NCBI GenBank assembly: GCA_963827655.1
Contig: CAWHCF010000038.1
Coordinates: forward strand, 153,445 to 217,444
Reading direction: 5' to 3'
Origin: an uncultured Acidobacteriota bacterium
Lineage (GTDB): Bacteria; Acidobacteriota; UBA6911
Length of the DNA stretch: 64,000 nt
The translations under genes and the position numbers were made by a program. Under the pieces are notes generated by a model that ran no database searches, was not told the origin of the DNA, and saw only the letters and a program-made list of their open reading frames with translations. Position 1 is the stretch's first letter. Each line of letters opens with the position of its first letter. Positions 50,563 through 60,166 of the stretch are shown here, in pieces.

Positions 50563-52026
50563 TTGGCGCAGCGCAGGAAGCCCTGGACTGCTCTGCCGTG
50601 CAGTGTCAGGCTTTGCCTTGCGTTCAATCCGCTTTGCTGGATCATGGCCGGCGGAACGAACTCCAGTCTCATTCTTCAAGACCGCATCGGGTGGGATCGC
50701 TGCGTCCCGCAAACGGGTTTGTCGCTTCTGCCCGCGAGTAATGGACGGTTAGCCGCTCTTCTGGCCGTGCTGTGTCTGGTTGCCTATTTGCCGGCACTCA
50801 ACAATGGGTTCATTTCCGACGACTATCTCATGTTGGAGCTGGTACGAGTGTGGAAAGAAGATTTCTCGTACTTGTTCAAGATTGCGCCCGATGTTTTTCG
50901 TATCACCAGCTACGGACTACTCTGGGCCCTGGAAGGAATTTTCGGTTACCGGCCCGAATACTTCTACGCATTTTCCATATCCGTTCACTTCTTAAATTCC
51001 GTCCTGCTCTGGAAAGTACTCAGACTTGTAACCCGGTCGCCGCAGGTGTCGGCGTTGGCAGCGATCATTTTCGCCGTTTTTCAGAACCCGCAAGAGGCGG
51101 TCATGTGGCTTGCGGCCATAGGGGATGCTTTAGCCGGACTCTGCGTATTGGGCGCGCTCCTTTCATGGTTACGGAAGCGATTTGTGATAAGCGCCCTCTG
51201 CTATTTCGCCGGTTTGTTTTCGAAGGAGTCCGCCATTGTGGTCTTGTTCCTGTTGCCTCTGATCGACCTTTCCATGGCGCGGGAACCAAGGTTTCGAAGA
51301 GAGCATATTTACCTGCTGGTACCAACTCTGATCTTCGCGGCTGTTTTCATCTATTCTCTTTCCGCCAACTACATGGTGGGTGACGGGGTCTATGCTCTGG
51401 GACTGCGGACGCTCCCGGTGCTGGCGATAAGTCTGCACAAGCTCATGTTCCCCTGGTTTTATGTGGGGGTGTTGGCTTTCGTCATCACGCAGCGGCGTTG
51501 GCTGCCTCGGGAAACAGGAGCGGGTCTGGCTTGGATGACTATCTCGCTGCTCCCCTTTGTGTTTCTTACTTACCAGAACCACGTTCCCAGCCGGCATGAA
51601 TACCTCGCGTCGATGGGGTTGGCGTGGTCTCTCTCAACCTTGCTTGCAAACATGACCGCGGCCCCGCTCCGCCTCGGATTCACCCTCGCATTCGTCTCAA
51701 TCAATATCGGCTATCTCTGGACGGTGAAAGATGCGCAATTCGAGCAGCGGGCGGCGCCCACAACCCGACTGCTCGAGCAGTTGCGCGCGCATCGGCCCGC
51801 TTCTCTCCTGGTCCTCGATTTTCCGATAAACCCGTGGATGGCACGAATGACGGCCAGGTTAGTTCCTGGCTGGCGCCCGGACATGATCAGAGTCGACGAA
51901 CCAACCGACGCCTGCCCGGACTGCCTTAAGCTGAGGTGGAATCGGGCTACCGAGGGTTTTGAAACTGTTTCGGGTCATGAACCCCTGGTACACCGTCCGG
52001 TTCCAGCAAGTACGGCTTCCCCTTGA
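50563..52026 (+). CDS. Polytopic membrane protein, GT-C-fold glycosyltransferase-like
   Basis: YLPALNNGFISDDY luminal DD motif, EAVMW, LFSKESA, many TM segments; start uncertain. Confidence 0.6.
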   Translation: MAQRRKPWTALPCSVRLCLAFNPLCWIMAGGTNSSLILQDRIGWDRCVPQTGLSLLPASNGRLAALLAVLCLVAYLPALNNGFISDDYLMLELVRVWKEDFSYLFKIAPDVFRITSYGLLWALEGIFGYRPEYFYAFSISVHFLNSVLLWKVLRLVTRSPQVSALAAIIFAVFQNPQEAVMWLAAIGDALAGLCVLGALLSWLRKRFVISALCYFAGLFSKESAIVVLFLLPLIDLSMAREPRFRREHIYLLVPTLIFAAVFIYSLSANYMVGDGVYALGLRTLPVLAISLHKLMFPWFYVGVLAFVITQRRWLPRETGAGLAWMTISLLPFVFLTYQNHVPSRHEYLASMGLAWSLSTLLANMTAAPLRLGFTLAFVSINIGYLWTVKDAQFEQRAAPTTRLLEQLRAHRPASLLVLDFPINPWMARMTARLVPGWRPDMIRVDEPTDACPDCLKLRWNRATEGFETVSGHEPLVHRPVPASTASP

Positions 52027-52068
52027 AGTGTCTGAGTGTTTCTTCGTGTCTTCGTGGTTGGGGCCTGG

Positions 52069-53595
52069 TCAGGGTTGATCGCGGGTCATTGCCTGCAGCT
52101 TGCTTCTCCGACTGCCGTAAGCGAAGTAGATCACGAGCCCTGCGAGAAGCCAGAGTACAAAGCGGATCCAGGTCAGGCGCGGCAACCCTGCCATCAGGAC
52201 GACGCACATTAGAATCCCGAGCAGCGGCGTCAACGGAACCAGGGGCACCCGGAACTTCCGGAGACGATCGGGCTCGCGCTTGCGGAGAATCAGGATTCCG
52301 ATGCAGACAAGAACGAAAGCGAAGAGAGTCCCGATATTCGTGAGCTGAACCACCTCCTCGATGTTGGCTACCGCAGACCAGAAGGCCACAAAAATGCCCG
52401 TTGCGATCGTGGTGACATGAGGGGTTCGATAGCGCGGGTGAATCTTCCCAAACCAGCGGCCTAACAGGCCGTCGCGGGACATAGCCATCAGAATTCGCGC
52501 CTGACCGAGCTGGAATACGAGCAAGACTGATGTCATCGCGACGACGGCGCCGAACGCCAGAAGACCCGCGGCCCAATCCTGCTGCGCATAGGAAAGAGCG
52601 GCGGCGAGCGGATCGGCCACCCCGGTAAGTTTCTGGAAGGGTATCATTCCAGTGAGGACCAGGGCGGCGGCAATGTAAAGGCAGGTACAGACCGCAAGCG
52701 AGCCCAGGATTCCTCGCGGCAGGTCACGAGCTGGGTTCTTGCACTCTTCGGCTGCGGTTGAAATAGCATCGAAACCGATATAGGCGAAGAAAATCAGAGA
52801 CGCGCCCGTCCACACGCCATTGATGCCGCCGGGAAAGAAAGGGCTCCAGTTGCCCGGCTTGACATACAACGCGCCGATCACGATAAAAAAGACCAGGGTA
52901 GCGACTTTCAGGATCACAATGATATTGTTGAAGCGGGCCGACTCCTTCACTCCGATGACCAGGAGCCAGGTGATTGCCGCTGTGATGAAGACGGCAAGGA
53001 GATTGCAGACGACAGGGATTCCGAACAACACCGGATGGTTGAGGTGCGCCTGGTACGCAACAGTGGCTTCGGGACTCAGCGAAGCGACTCCTGCCTCGGC
53101 CGCGGCCCTGGCCGCGATCAGGGTCGACCGGTAGTCCGTCGCCATCCAGGCGGGAATCTCGATGCCCAGGCCAAGCAATAGCTGACGAAAGTAAGCAGCC
53201 CAGGAGATCGCAACCGCGATGTTGCCCACGGCGTATTCGAGAATCAGGTCCCAACCGATAATCCAGGCGGCCAGCTCGCCCAGTGTCGCATAGCTGTACG
53301 TATAGGCGGAGCCTGCGACCGGAACCAGGCTGGCGAACTCCGCATAGCAAAGGGCGCAAAAGCCGCAGGCTACGGCCGTGAGAAGAATGGACAACGCGAC
53401 GCCAGGCCCTGCCGGCGCAAGGTCATTCCCGCCGGCAGTCGCAGCCCCTAGCGTGGCAAAGATGCCCGCGCCCACGATCGCGCCGATGCCGAGCGCCACC
53501 AGATCGGTGGCGGTGAGCGACTTCTTCAGCCCGTGAGTTTCATCGCTTCCTTCAGCAATCAGGATGTCGAGTGGCTTCCGACCAAAAAGAGACAT
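52069..53595 (-). CDS. Amino acid permease (APC family)
   Basis: LGIGAIVGAGIF, CYAEFAS..PVAGSAYTY, FFAYIGFDAIST; start at MSLFGRK (the longer ORF reads through a MITE). Confidence 0.92.
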   Translation of the reverse strand: MSLFGRKPLDILIAEGSDETHGLKKSLTATDLVALGIGAIVGAGIFATLGAATAGGNDLAPAGPGVALSILLTAVACGFCALCYAEFASLVPVAGSAYTYSYATLGELAAWIIGWDLILEYAVGNIAVAISWAAYFRQLLLGLGIEIPAWMATDYRSTLIAARAAAEAGVASLSPEATVAYQAHLNHPVLFGIPVVCNLLAVFITAAITWLLVIGVKESARFNNIIVILKVATLVFFIVIGALYVKPGNWSPFFPGGINGVWTGASLIFFAYIGFDAISTAAEECKNPARDLPRGILGSLAVCTCLYIAAALVLTGMIPFQKLTGVADPLAAALSYAQQDWAAGLLAFGAVVAMTSVLLVFQLGQARILMAMSRDGLLGRWFGKIHPRYRTPHVTTIATGIFVAFWSAVANIEEVVQLTNIGTLFAFVLVCIGILILRKREPDRLRKFRVPLVPLTPLLGILMCVVLMAGLPRLTWIRFVLWLLAGLVIYFAYGSRRSKLQAMTRDQP

Positions 53596-53623
53596 GCGCG
53601 AATTTCTCCTATGAGCGGCACTA

Positions 53624-53856
53624 AGGGTTCGCGCAGAAATAAGTTCGCATTCTGCTGCAGGCCCCCAGGCCCGCTGGCGAGGCGCGAGCGACGATGCGTA
53701 CCCGGTGCGGTACGTGAGGAGCGAGCAACAAAGCCAGCGGGCCTGCGGACCGCAGCCCGAAGGGGCGCGATTCTCAGCGTGCTTGGCGAATAGAACCGGT
53801 TCATGATTCACACCGACTCACGCGCCAGAATGTGAAGTTATTTTTGCGCGAGCCCT
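53624..53856. mobile_element. MITE-like element (family C, copy 3, longest)
   Basis: TA|AGGGTTCGCGCAGAAATAAGTTCGCATTCTG...CAGAATGTGAAGTTATTTTTGCGCGAGCCCT|TA; flanking TA dinucleotides. Confidence 0.85.
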
Positions 53857-53937
53857 TAGGAAGAGAGACGAATTGATACCACTGATGGCTGACGTCTGAC
53901 AACGTTTCTGTCTGCGCGGCCTGGTGGTCACGGATTT

Positions 53938-56004
53938 ATGGTTCCCTACGGATTGACGATTTTTCTGAGCGCATTCCTGCTCTTTCAAGTTCAGCCGATG
54001 ATCGGCAAGTACCTTCTCCCACGGTTTGGAGGAAGCCCCGCTGTTTGGACTACCTGTCTGCTCTTTTTCCAGGTTCTTCTTCTTGCCGGATACAGCTACG
54101 CTTACTGGCTTACTTCCCGGCTGCGGCCGCGCGCGCAAGCCGCCCTGCATTCATTGTTGCTGGCCGGCTCGCTTTTACTGCTTCCGGTAAATCCATCGGC
54201 GGCATGGAAAACAACAGGAGAGTCGCCTACGTGGTCTATTCTGGCTCTACTGTTCTGGAGCGCCGGTGTCCCTTGTTTCCTCCTGGCCTCCACCGGACCA
54301 TTGCTGCAGGACTGGTTCAGCCGGAGCGCCCCTTCGGCTTCGCCCTATCCTCTCTATGCATTGTCGAACCTGGGGTCGCTGCTTGCCCTGGCGACCTACC
54401 CCTTTCTGATCGAGCCATTGCTGCCTCTCGGATTCCAGATGCGCTTCTGGTCCTGGACCTGGGCCATCTTCGCGATCTCGTGCGGATTCTGCTGCGTCGA
54501 GCTTTTTCGAGCGCGAGATCCCGATCGCACGGAATTGTTATCTGCAGGGGTTGGTCCCCGGTTCTCGGAGCGCGCGCTCTGGTTCAGTCTGGCTGCATGC
54601 GGCGTGCTGATCCTGATGGCCACCAACAATCAGATGTGCCAGGACGTGGCTGTGGTCCCCTTCTTATGGATGCTCCCCCTGGGCTTGTATTTGCTATCCC
54701 TGATCATCCTCTTTCACAAGCCCGCATGGTATTTCCGTCGCTGCCTGGCTGTGGCCTTCATTCCGGCCATGGTCCAGGTGTGTTACGTCTTGTATCGCGG
54801 CGTGTTCATTTCCATATCCTGGCAGATTGCCTCCTATTCTGTCGCGCTGTTCGTCTGCTGCATGATCTGTCACGGAGAACTGGTACGGCTGAAGCCTGAA
54901 CCCCGGTTCCTTACTGATTTTTACTTGACCGTCGCGGCCGGAGGCGCCGCGGCAGGGATTTTCGTAGCAGTGGCAGCCCCGTTCCTGTTCAAGGGTTACT
55001 GGGAGTTCCACTTCGGCCTGGCGGCGACCGCTCTGCTGATTTTCATCACCCGCCTTCGAGAAGGATTCCTTGACCGACGGCGGTGGTTGCTCACGGGCTT
55101 CTGGCTGGTTTCGTTCTGCGCGCTCGCGACCACACTGACCATCCATGTTCTGAAGAGCCGCGAAGACGAGATCAAGTCGTCCCGAAATTTTCATGGGATC
55201 TTGCGGATCCTGGACGAAGATAGCGCTGATCGGCGTCAGCATCGGTATACGTTGAAGAACGGACGGATCGAGCACGGCTTTCAGTTTCAGGAGGAAGACA
55301 AGCGCCATTGGCCCACTTCGTACTACGGGGCGGACAGCGGGCTGGGCATGGCGATAACGTTTCATCCTCGTCGCCTGGACAAGAGACAAGAGTCCCGGAA
55401 CCTGAGGATCGGAGTGGTAGGACTGGGAACCGGCACGATCGCGGCGTACGGCGAAGCGGCAGACTATCTCCGCTTTTACGAGATTAATCCCGAAGTCGTG
55501 CATCTGGCTGGCAGTTATTTTACTTACCTGAAAGATAGTCCGGCGCGAATCGAAATAATCGAGGGTGACGCGAGGCTATCGATGGAGCGGGAAATGGCGT
55601 CAGGACAGACGCAGCAATTGGACGTCCTGGCTATCGATGCATTCAGCAGCGATGCCATACCGGTCCATCTTCTGACCAGCGAGTGTTTCAGGATATATTG
55701 GTACCATCTGAAGCAGGATGGCATCCTGGCCGTGCACGTCAGCAGTCGCTATTTCGAGCTTGCGCCGGTCGTGAGAGCGTCGGCGCTTCTTACGGGAGGC
55801 CCGGGAGCGAAGGTGCTGAGGATCCTGGCAGAGAGCAACGATATCCAGGGGACCGACGCCAGCGAGTGGCTACTGGTTTCGAAGAACGACCAGTTCCTGA
55901 ATTCCGGTCCGGTTCAACTTGCAGTCAAGCCGTGGCCGGAGAACGTTGCTCCCTTTCTGCATTGGACGGATGATTACAGCAACCTCTTTCGCGCCCTGAA
56001 CTGA
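53938..56004 (+). CDS. Fused membrane domain / spermidine synthase-like methyltransferase
   Basis: FLLFQVQPMIGK, VVGLGTGT, YEINP, GDARL, DAFSSDAIPVHLLT, WTDDYSNL. Confidence 0.85.
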   Translation: MVPYGLTIFLSAFLLFQVQPMIGKYLLPRFGGSPAVWTTCLLFFQVLLLAGYSYAYWLTSRLRPRAQAALHSLLLAGSLLLLPVNPSAAWKTTGESPTWSILALLFWSAGVPCFLLASTGPLLQDWFSRSAPSASPYPLYALSNLGSLLALATYPFLIEPLLPLGFQMRFWSWTWAIFAISCGFCCVELFRARDPDRTELLSAGVGPRFSERALWFSLAACGVLILMATNNQMCQDVAVVPFLWMLPLGLYLLSLIILFHKPAWYFRRCLAVAFIPAMVQVCYVLYRGVFISISWQIASYSVALFVCCMICHGELVRLKPEPRFLTDFYLTVAAGGAAAGIFVAVAAPFLFKGYWEFHFGLAATALLIFITRLREGFLDRRRWLLTGFWLVSFCALATTLTIHVLKSREDEIKSSRNFHGILRILDEDSADRRQHRYTLKNGRIEHGFQFQEEDKRHWPTSYYGADSGLGMAITFHPRRLDKRQESRNLRIGVVGLGTGTIAAYGEAADYLRFYEINPEVVHLAGSYFTYLKDSPARIEIIEGDARLSMEREMASGQTQQLDVLAIDAFSSDAIPVHLLTSECFRIYWYHLKQDGILAVHVSSRYFELAPVVRASALLTGGPGAKVLRILAESNDIQGTDASEWLLVSKNDQFLNSGPVQLAVKPWPENVAPFLHWTDDYSNLFRALN

Positions 56005-56073
56005 CGGCGGACCGCCAGGAGCGAACACCGCGCCGGGCGGCCGACCACCCAGGGCACGCGTTCGCGACTCGAC

Positions 56074-56934
56074 CTAATACCGGCACTTCGAGCTGTCGGG
56101 CTTTACGTAGTATGACTTGTAGTTCTTCGCTTTGGGATCCGAGCAGCCCGCCAGGTTCAGTAGTTCCACCTTGCGGAACTCGACGGGATGGCTTTCAGCC
56201 TGGAGAGCGATGTAACCCTCCGTCAGCATGGCGCCGTCCTGTTTCACCGCCGGGTTGAAGTTGTTTACCGAACCGCCGCCGATCTGTGGTTTTTCGTAGG
56301 TCAGAACGGTTTTCCCTTCTATGACGTGTTTGATGACCGAATCACCCTGGACGTGTACTTCAACTCTCACCCACTGGTCGCCGTGGTAGGTCTTCGAGCT
56401 CGAGTTGATGCAATGCTGTGTGACTAGATTCCCGTTCATTACGACATTCGTGCCGGGCGTGCACAGGTTCGCCGTGGAACGCTCGGCGGATCCGAGCCCG
56501 CCCAGAAACTGCACCTCGATTGAAATCGGGAAATCCTGGTCTTTCCCCATGCTCTCCGGAGACTGTGAATGGAGCATGGCGCCGCTGTTTCGCACGGCCC
56601 AGTTCGGGCCTCCGGTGGCTTGCTCGCCGACGAACCTGTACTCGACCCCCAGGATGTAGTGAGAGAACTTCTCGCGATAGAAGATGTGGCCGAACTTCGC
56701 GCCGAATTTGTCGTACCGGTCGTACACGACCTTCATGAGTCCGCTTTCGACCCGGAACGTATTCCCGAAGTTGTCATCGAGATCGTGCCCGGTGATCTTG
56801 ACGGCCCAGCCCGCGAGGTCCTTGCCGTTGAATAGCTGGATCCATTCCTGTTGATCCGGCCTGCTTTGAGCGTACGCGACGCTGACCGCGACCAGCGTAA
56901 GCCCGAGGAAAATCACGCGCGCAATTGTTTTCAT
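56074..56934 (-). CDS. DUF1080 (3-keto-disaccharide hydrolase-like) exported protein
   Basis: Signal peptide, LFNGKDLAGW, NSG, GYIALQAESHPVEFRKV. Confidence 0.85.
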   Translation of the reverse strand: MKTIARVIFLGLTLVAVSVAYAQSRPDQQEWIQLFNGKDLAGWAVKITGHDLDDNFGNTFRVESGLMKVVYDRYDKFGAKFGHIFYREKFSHYILGVEYRFVGEQATGGPNWAVRNSGAMLHSQSPESMGKDQDFPISIEVQFLGGLGSAERSTANLCTPGTNVVMNGNLVTQHCINSSSKTYHGDQWVRVEVHVQGDSVIKHVIEGKTVLTYEKPQIGGGSVNNFNPAVKQDGAMLTEGYIALQAESHPVEFRKVELLNLAGCSDPKAKNYKSYYVKPDSSKCRY

Positions 56935-57144
56935 AGCGATGTGAGTATACGCGGGGTGAAAGCGAACTTCTACTGATCGTGTCTTTGTATTGTATTACTA
57001 GATCGTAATTTCTTGCTTTTTAGGCCTGGAATCCGACGTCATTTCGCGCCGTTGACGGAAGAGGAATCGTGACAATTCCATTCCGAGCGATCCTGTGAAT
57101 CTCGCACCTTAACCGCAGTGCGCAGCGCTGATTCGTGTTTGATT

Positions 57145-57196
57145 TCACTTGATATTCAAGTGATCGATATGAGAGTCTCACTGGCATGTCAAGTGA
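57145..57196. promoter_or_regulatory. Tandem palindromic operators, likely PadR autoregulatory sites
   Basis: TCACTTGA-TAT-TCAAGTGA (57145-57163) and TCACTGGC-ATG-TCAAGTGA (57178-57196, spanning the start codon). Confidence 0.65.
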
Positions 57197-57527
57197 AGAT
57201 AAGCCGGTTGAACTGCTGCAGGGGACCCTCGATCTTATCGTGTTAAGCGGGCTGTCGACGATGGGGCCGCTGCACGCCTACGCGCTGGCCGCACGTCTCG
57301 CGCAGGTATCTGACCACCCGTTCTCCCTCAACCAGGGCACGCTCTATCCCGCGCTCGTGCGGCTCGAGCAGAAGGGGTGGATCAGGGGCGCCTGGCAGAA
57401 GACCGAAACAAACCGGGAGGCGAAGTATTACTCGATCACGAAGGCCGGCACGCGCGCCCTGGCGGCTCAGGCCGAGCGCTGGCGACGGCTTACCGGGCTG
57501 GTCGACAAACTCCTACTCCAATCCTGA
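57186..57527 (+). CDS. PadR-family transcriptional regulator (acidobacterial type)
   Basis: LLQGTLDL, GTLYPALVRLEQKGWI, NREAKYYSIT. Confidence 0.9.
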   Translation: MSSEDKPVELLQGTLDLIVLSGLSTMGPLHAYALAARLAQVSDHPFSLNQGTLYPALVRLEQKGWIRGAWQKTETNREAKYYSITKAGTRALAAQAERWRRLTGLVDKLLLQS

Positions 57528-57563
57528 TCCGGCGCGAATCCGGACCATTTCAGGGACATAACG

Positions 57564-58661
57564 GTGGGGACGATCCGACGTCTGTTTCTTCGTCTGCTTT
57601 CCTTTTTCCGATCCGGCCGTGCCGAGGCGGAGCTCGCGCGGGAAATCAACTCGCACCTGCAGCTCCTCGAGGACAAGTACCTGGCGCAGGGCATGAAACC
57701 CGAGGAGGCACGCTGTGCCGCAAGACGCGCCTTCGGCGGAGTCGAACAGGCGAAGGAGCGGCAGCGCGCCGCGCGTTCGTTCGGGGCGCCCGATTCCTGG
57801 TGGCTGGATGTCAAGCTCGGCGTCCGGATGTTGATCAGGTACCCCGGTTTGGCGCTGATCGGTGGTTTCGGCATCGCGGTGGCCGTCGCGATCGCCGCGG
57901 GCGGGTTCAGCATCATCTATGGGACGTTCCTGGATCCGTCGCTGCCCCTGGAGGAAGGCGACCGCATTGTCTCGCTTCAGAACTGGGACCCTGCGGCGGA
58001 GGGTGTGGAGTTCGGGCGCTGGTACGAAATTGTCGGCATCGTGGGGGACTTCCCCGCCGGCGCAATTTCGGATTTGGACTACAAGCTCAAGCTGTACCAC
58101 GCGGTCGCGGCCGGACAAGTGCAGCCGGTCACCCTGGCATTTCGGGTGCGCGGCAGCGTCCCCACGGCCTTCGCCGGACGGCTCCGGGAGATTGCGGCAG
58201 CCGTCGCCCCTGACCTTCAGCTGCGCAATATCCTCAGCCTGGACGAGTCCCTGCGCAGGGACCAGTGGATCAGGCGTCGGGAAGCAGCGGTGCTCGCGAC
58301 CGTGACGCTGAGCGTCCTGATACTCTCGTCGGCGGGCATCTACGCACTCATGTCGTTCACCGTTTCGCAGCGCCGGAAGGAGATCGGGATCCGCGCGGCT
58401 CTGGGAGCCGACCCGCGGCGCATCGTGGCGGCGATCTTCTCGCGGGCGCTTGGCCAGCTTGCCGTCGGGGCTATGCTGGGCGTGATCGCGGCCGCGCCGC
58501 TCGTGAGGGCTACGCGCGGCGATCTCGTGGAGGGCAACGAGGCAGTCATCCTGCCGTTCGTCGTCGCGCTGTTCATGATAGCGGTGGGCTTCCTGGCCGC
58601 GCTCGGACCCGCCCGGCGCGGCCTGCGGATCCAGCCGACGGAAGTCTTGAGAGATGAATAG
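57564..58661 (+). CDS. ABC/FtsX-like permease (acidobacterial orphan-permease type), apparently internally deleted
   Basis: N-terminal ELAREINSHL...ARRAFGG; C-terminal GIYALMSFTVSQRRKEIGIRAALGA...PARRGLRIQP; only 365 aa. Confidence 0.75.
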   Translation: MGTIRRLFLRLLSFFRSGRAEAELAREINSHLQLLEDKYLAQGMKPEEARCAARRAFGGVEQAKERQRAARSFGAPDSWWLDVKLGVRMLIRYPGLALIGGFGIAVAVAIAAGGFSIIYGTFLDPSLPLEEGDRIVSLQNWDPAAEGVEFGRWYEIVGIVGDFPAGAISDLDYKLKLYHAVAAGQVQPVTLAFRVRGSVPTAFAGRLREIAAAVAPDLQLRNILSLDESLRRDQWIRRREAAVLATVTLSVLILSSAGIYALMSFTVSQRRKEIGIRAALGADPRRIVAAIFSRALGQLAVGAMLGVIAAAPLVRATRGDLVEGNEAVILPFVVALFMIAVGFLAALGPARRGLRIQPTEVLRDE

Positions 58662-58690
58662 GCAGAGCTCGCCCGAAACCGGCCGGGATA

Positions 58691-58729
58691 GTGTTTCTTT
58701 GTGTCTTTGAGTCTTGGTGGTATTTGTTC
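58691..58729. repeat. 9-mer-periodic repeat array (family A)
   Basis: GTGTTTCTTTGTGTCTTTGAGTCTTGGTGGTATTTGTTC between convergent genes. Confidence 0.75.
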
Positions 58730-58748
58730 GACAGGCTAAGCGATCACT

Positions 58749-60164
58749 TCACCGGATCACGCGGCCGCCGATGTCAGTGAGCTTCTTGAATCGGCCGGCG
58801 TGGAGGAATGTCAGCCGCTCCTGGTTCAGACCGAGCAGGTAAAGCAGGGTGGCATGGACGTCGCGCAGTGGAATCTCTTCACCCACGGCACGCACGCCGA
58901 AATCGTCGGTCTCGCCGAAGGTCGCGCCCGGCTTCACGTCCCCGCCTGCCATCCACACCACCAGGCCGTATTGATTGTGATCACGACCTGGTTTGGACGT
59001 GGTGAGATTGTTGTCGAAAGGCGTCCGGCCCATCTCGGAAGCCCAAACCACGAGCGTCTGGTCGAGCAGCCCGCGGGCTTTCAGGTCCTTCAACAGCCCG
59101 GCGATCGGTTGGTCGACCTCCTGGCAGTGCACGGGGAGGCGTTGCTCAATGGAGCCGTGATCGTCCCAGCGGTCGCCGCCCGCGCCATGGAGCAGCTTCA
59201 CAAACCGGACGCCGCGCTCCACCATGCGGCGCGCCATCAAACACTGGCGGCCGAAGGGCTCGCTCACCGGATTATCGAGACCATAGAGCCTTGTGGTGGC
59301 TTCGGATTCGCCCGACAGGTCCACCAGCTCGGGCGCCTTGCTCTGCATGGAGAAGGCGAGCTCATAGGCGGCGATGCGCGCGTCGAGCTCGGAGGTGTTC
59401 TGGCGTTCGCCGCGGTGGCGTTCATTGAACCACCTGAGCAGGTCGAGCTCCTGGCGCTGGTCCTGCAGGGTGATTTCGCGGCGGCGCTTCAGGTCAATGA
59501 TAGGCGTATCACCGTTGCGGAACAGCGTGCCCTGGTAAGCGGCTGGGAGGAAGCCATTGCCCCAGACTCCTGCGCCGCCGATGGTGGAGCCCCGGCGGTC
59601 GCCCAGCACGACGAAGCCCGGCAGGTCGCGGTTCTCGGAGCCAAGGCCATAGGTGACCCACGCGCCCACCGACGCGCTTCCCGGGAACTGGCTGCCGGTG
59701 AGCGTGTGATAAACGGCTGGTCCGTGATTGTTGTTGTCGACCTTGATGCCATGGATGAAGGCCAGGTCGTCCACACAGGTGGCGAGGTGCGGCATCAGTT
59801 CCGTCATCCAGCGCCCGGACTGGCCATGCTGCGCGAACCTCCAGAACGGAGCGATGACGCGGTTGGGCGCGGCCGAAAAGGTTGCGATTTCACCCGCGGT
59901 GCGCTCGGCCTTGGGCATCTGCTTGCCGGCATACTTCCAAAGCGCCGGCTTGTACTCGAAGGTATCCATCTGACTCACGCCGCCCTCCATGAAGAGGAAG
60001 ATGCAGCTCTTGGCCTTCGCGCGATGATGCTGCGGGCGGGGATCGAGCGGATGGGCCGCGTCGGCGGATGCCGCGAGCCCGGTGTCGGCCGCGAGCAGGT
60101 CAAGAAACGCAAGACCTCCGAGGCCGAGGTAGGAATCGAACAGCAGTTCCCTTCGAGTCTTCAT
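58749..60164 (-). CDS. DUF1501 domain protein (Tat-like N-terminus)
   Basis: TRRELL, AKSCIFLFMEGGVSQMDTF, ARRMVERGVRFV, WDDH, SEMGRTP, GRDH. Confidence 0.9.
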   Translation of the reverse strand: MKTRRELLFDSYLGLGGLAFLDLLAADTGLAASADAAHPLDPRPQHHRAKAKSCIFLFMEGGVSQMDTFEYKPALWKYAGKQMPKAERTAGEIATFSAAPNRVIAPFWRFAQHGQSGRWMTELMPHLATCVDDLAFIHGIKVDNNNHGPAVYHTLTGSQFPGSASVGAWVTYGLGSENRDLPGFVVLGDRRGSTIGGAGVWGNGFLPAAYQGTLFRNGDTPIIDLKRRREITLQDQRQELDLLRWFNERHRGERQNTSELDARIAAYELAFSMQSKAPELVDLSGESEATTRLYGLDNPVSEPFGRQCLMARRMVERGVRFVKLLHGAGGDRWDDHGSIEQRLPVHCQEVDQPIAGLLKDLKARGLLDQTLVVWASEMGRTPFDNNLTTSKPGRDHNQYGLVVWMAGGDVKPGATFGETDDFGVRAVGEEIPLRDVHATLLYLLGLNQERLTFLHAGRFKKLTDIGGRVIR

Positions 60165-60166
60165 GC

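Noticed and set aside
53596-53811. N-terminal extension of the amino acid permease (likewise MFS 17415-17534)
   Set aside because: The extensions are read-through of MITE or heptamer repeat sequence.
58740-58751. TGA ending DUF1501 as a second Sec codon
   Set aside because: No redox motif or SECIS-like hairpin; a one-base insertion explains it (restores VIREVIA*).
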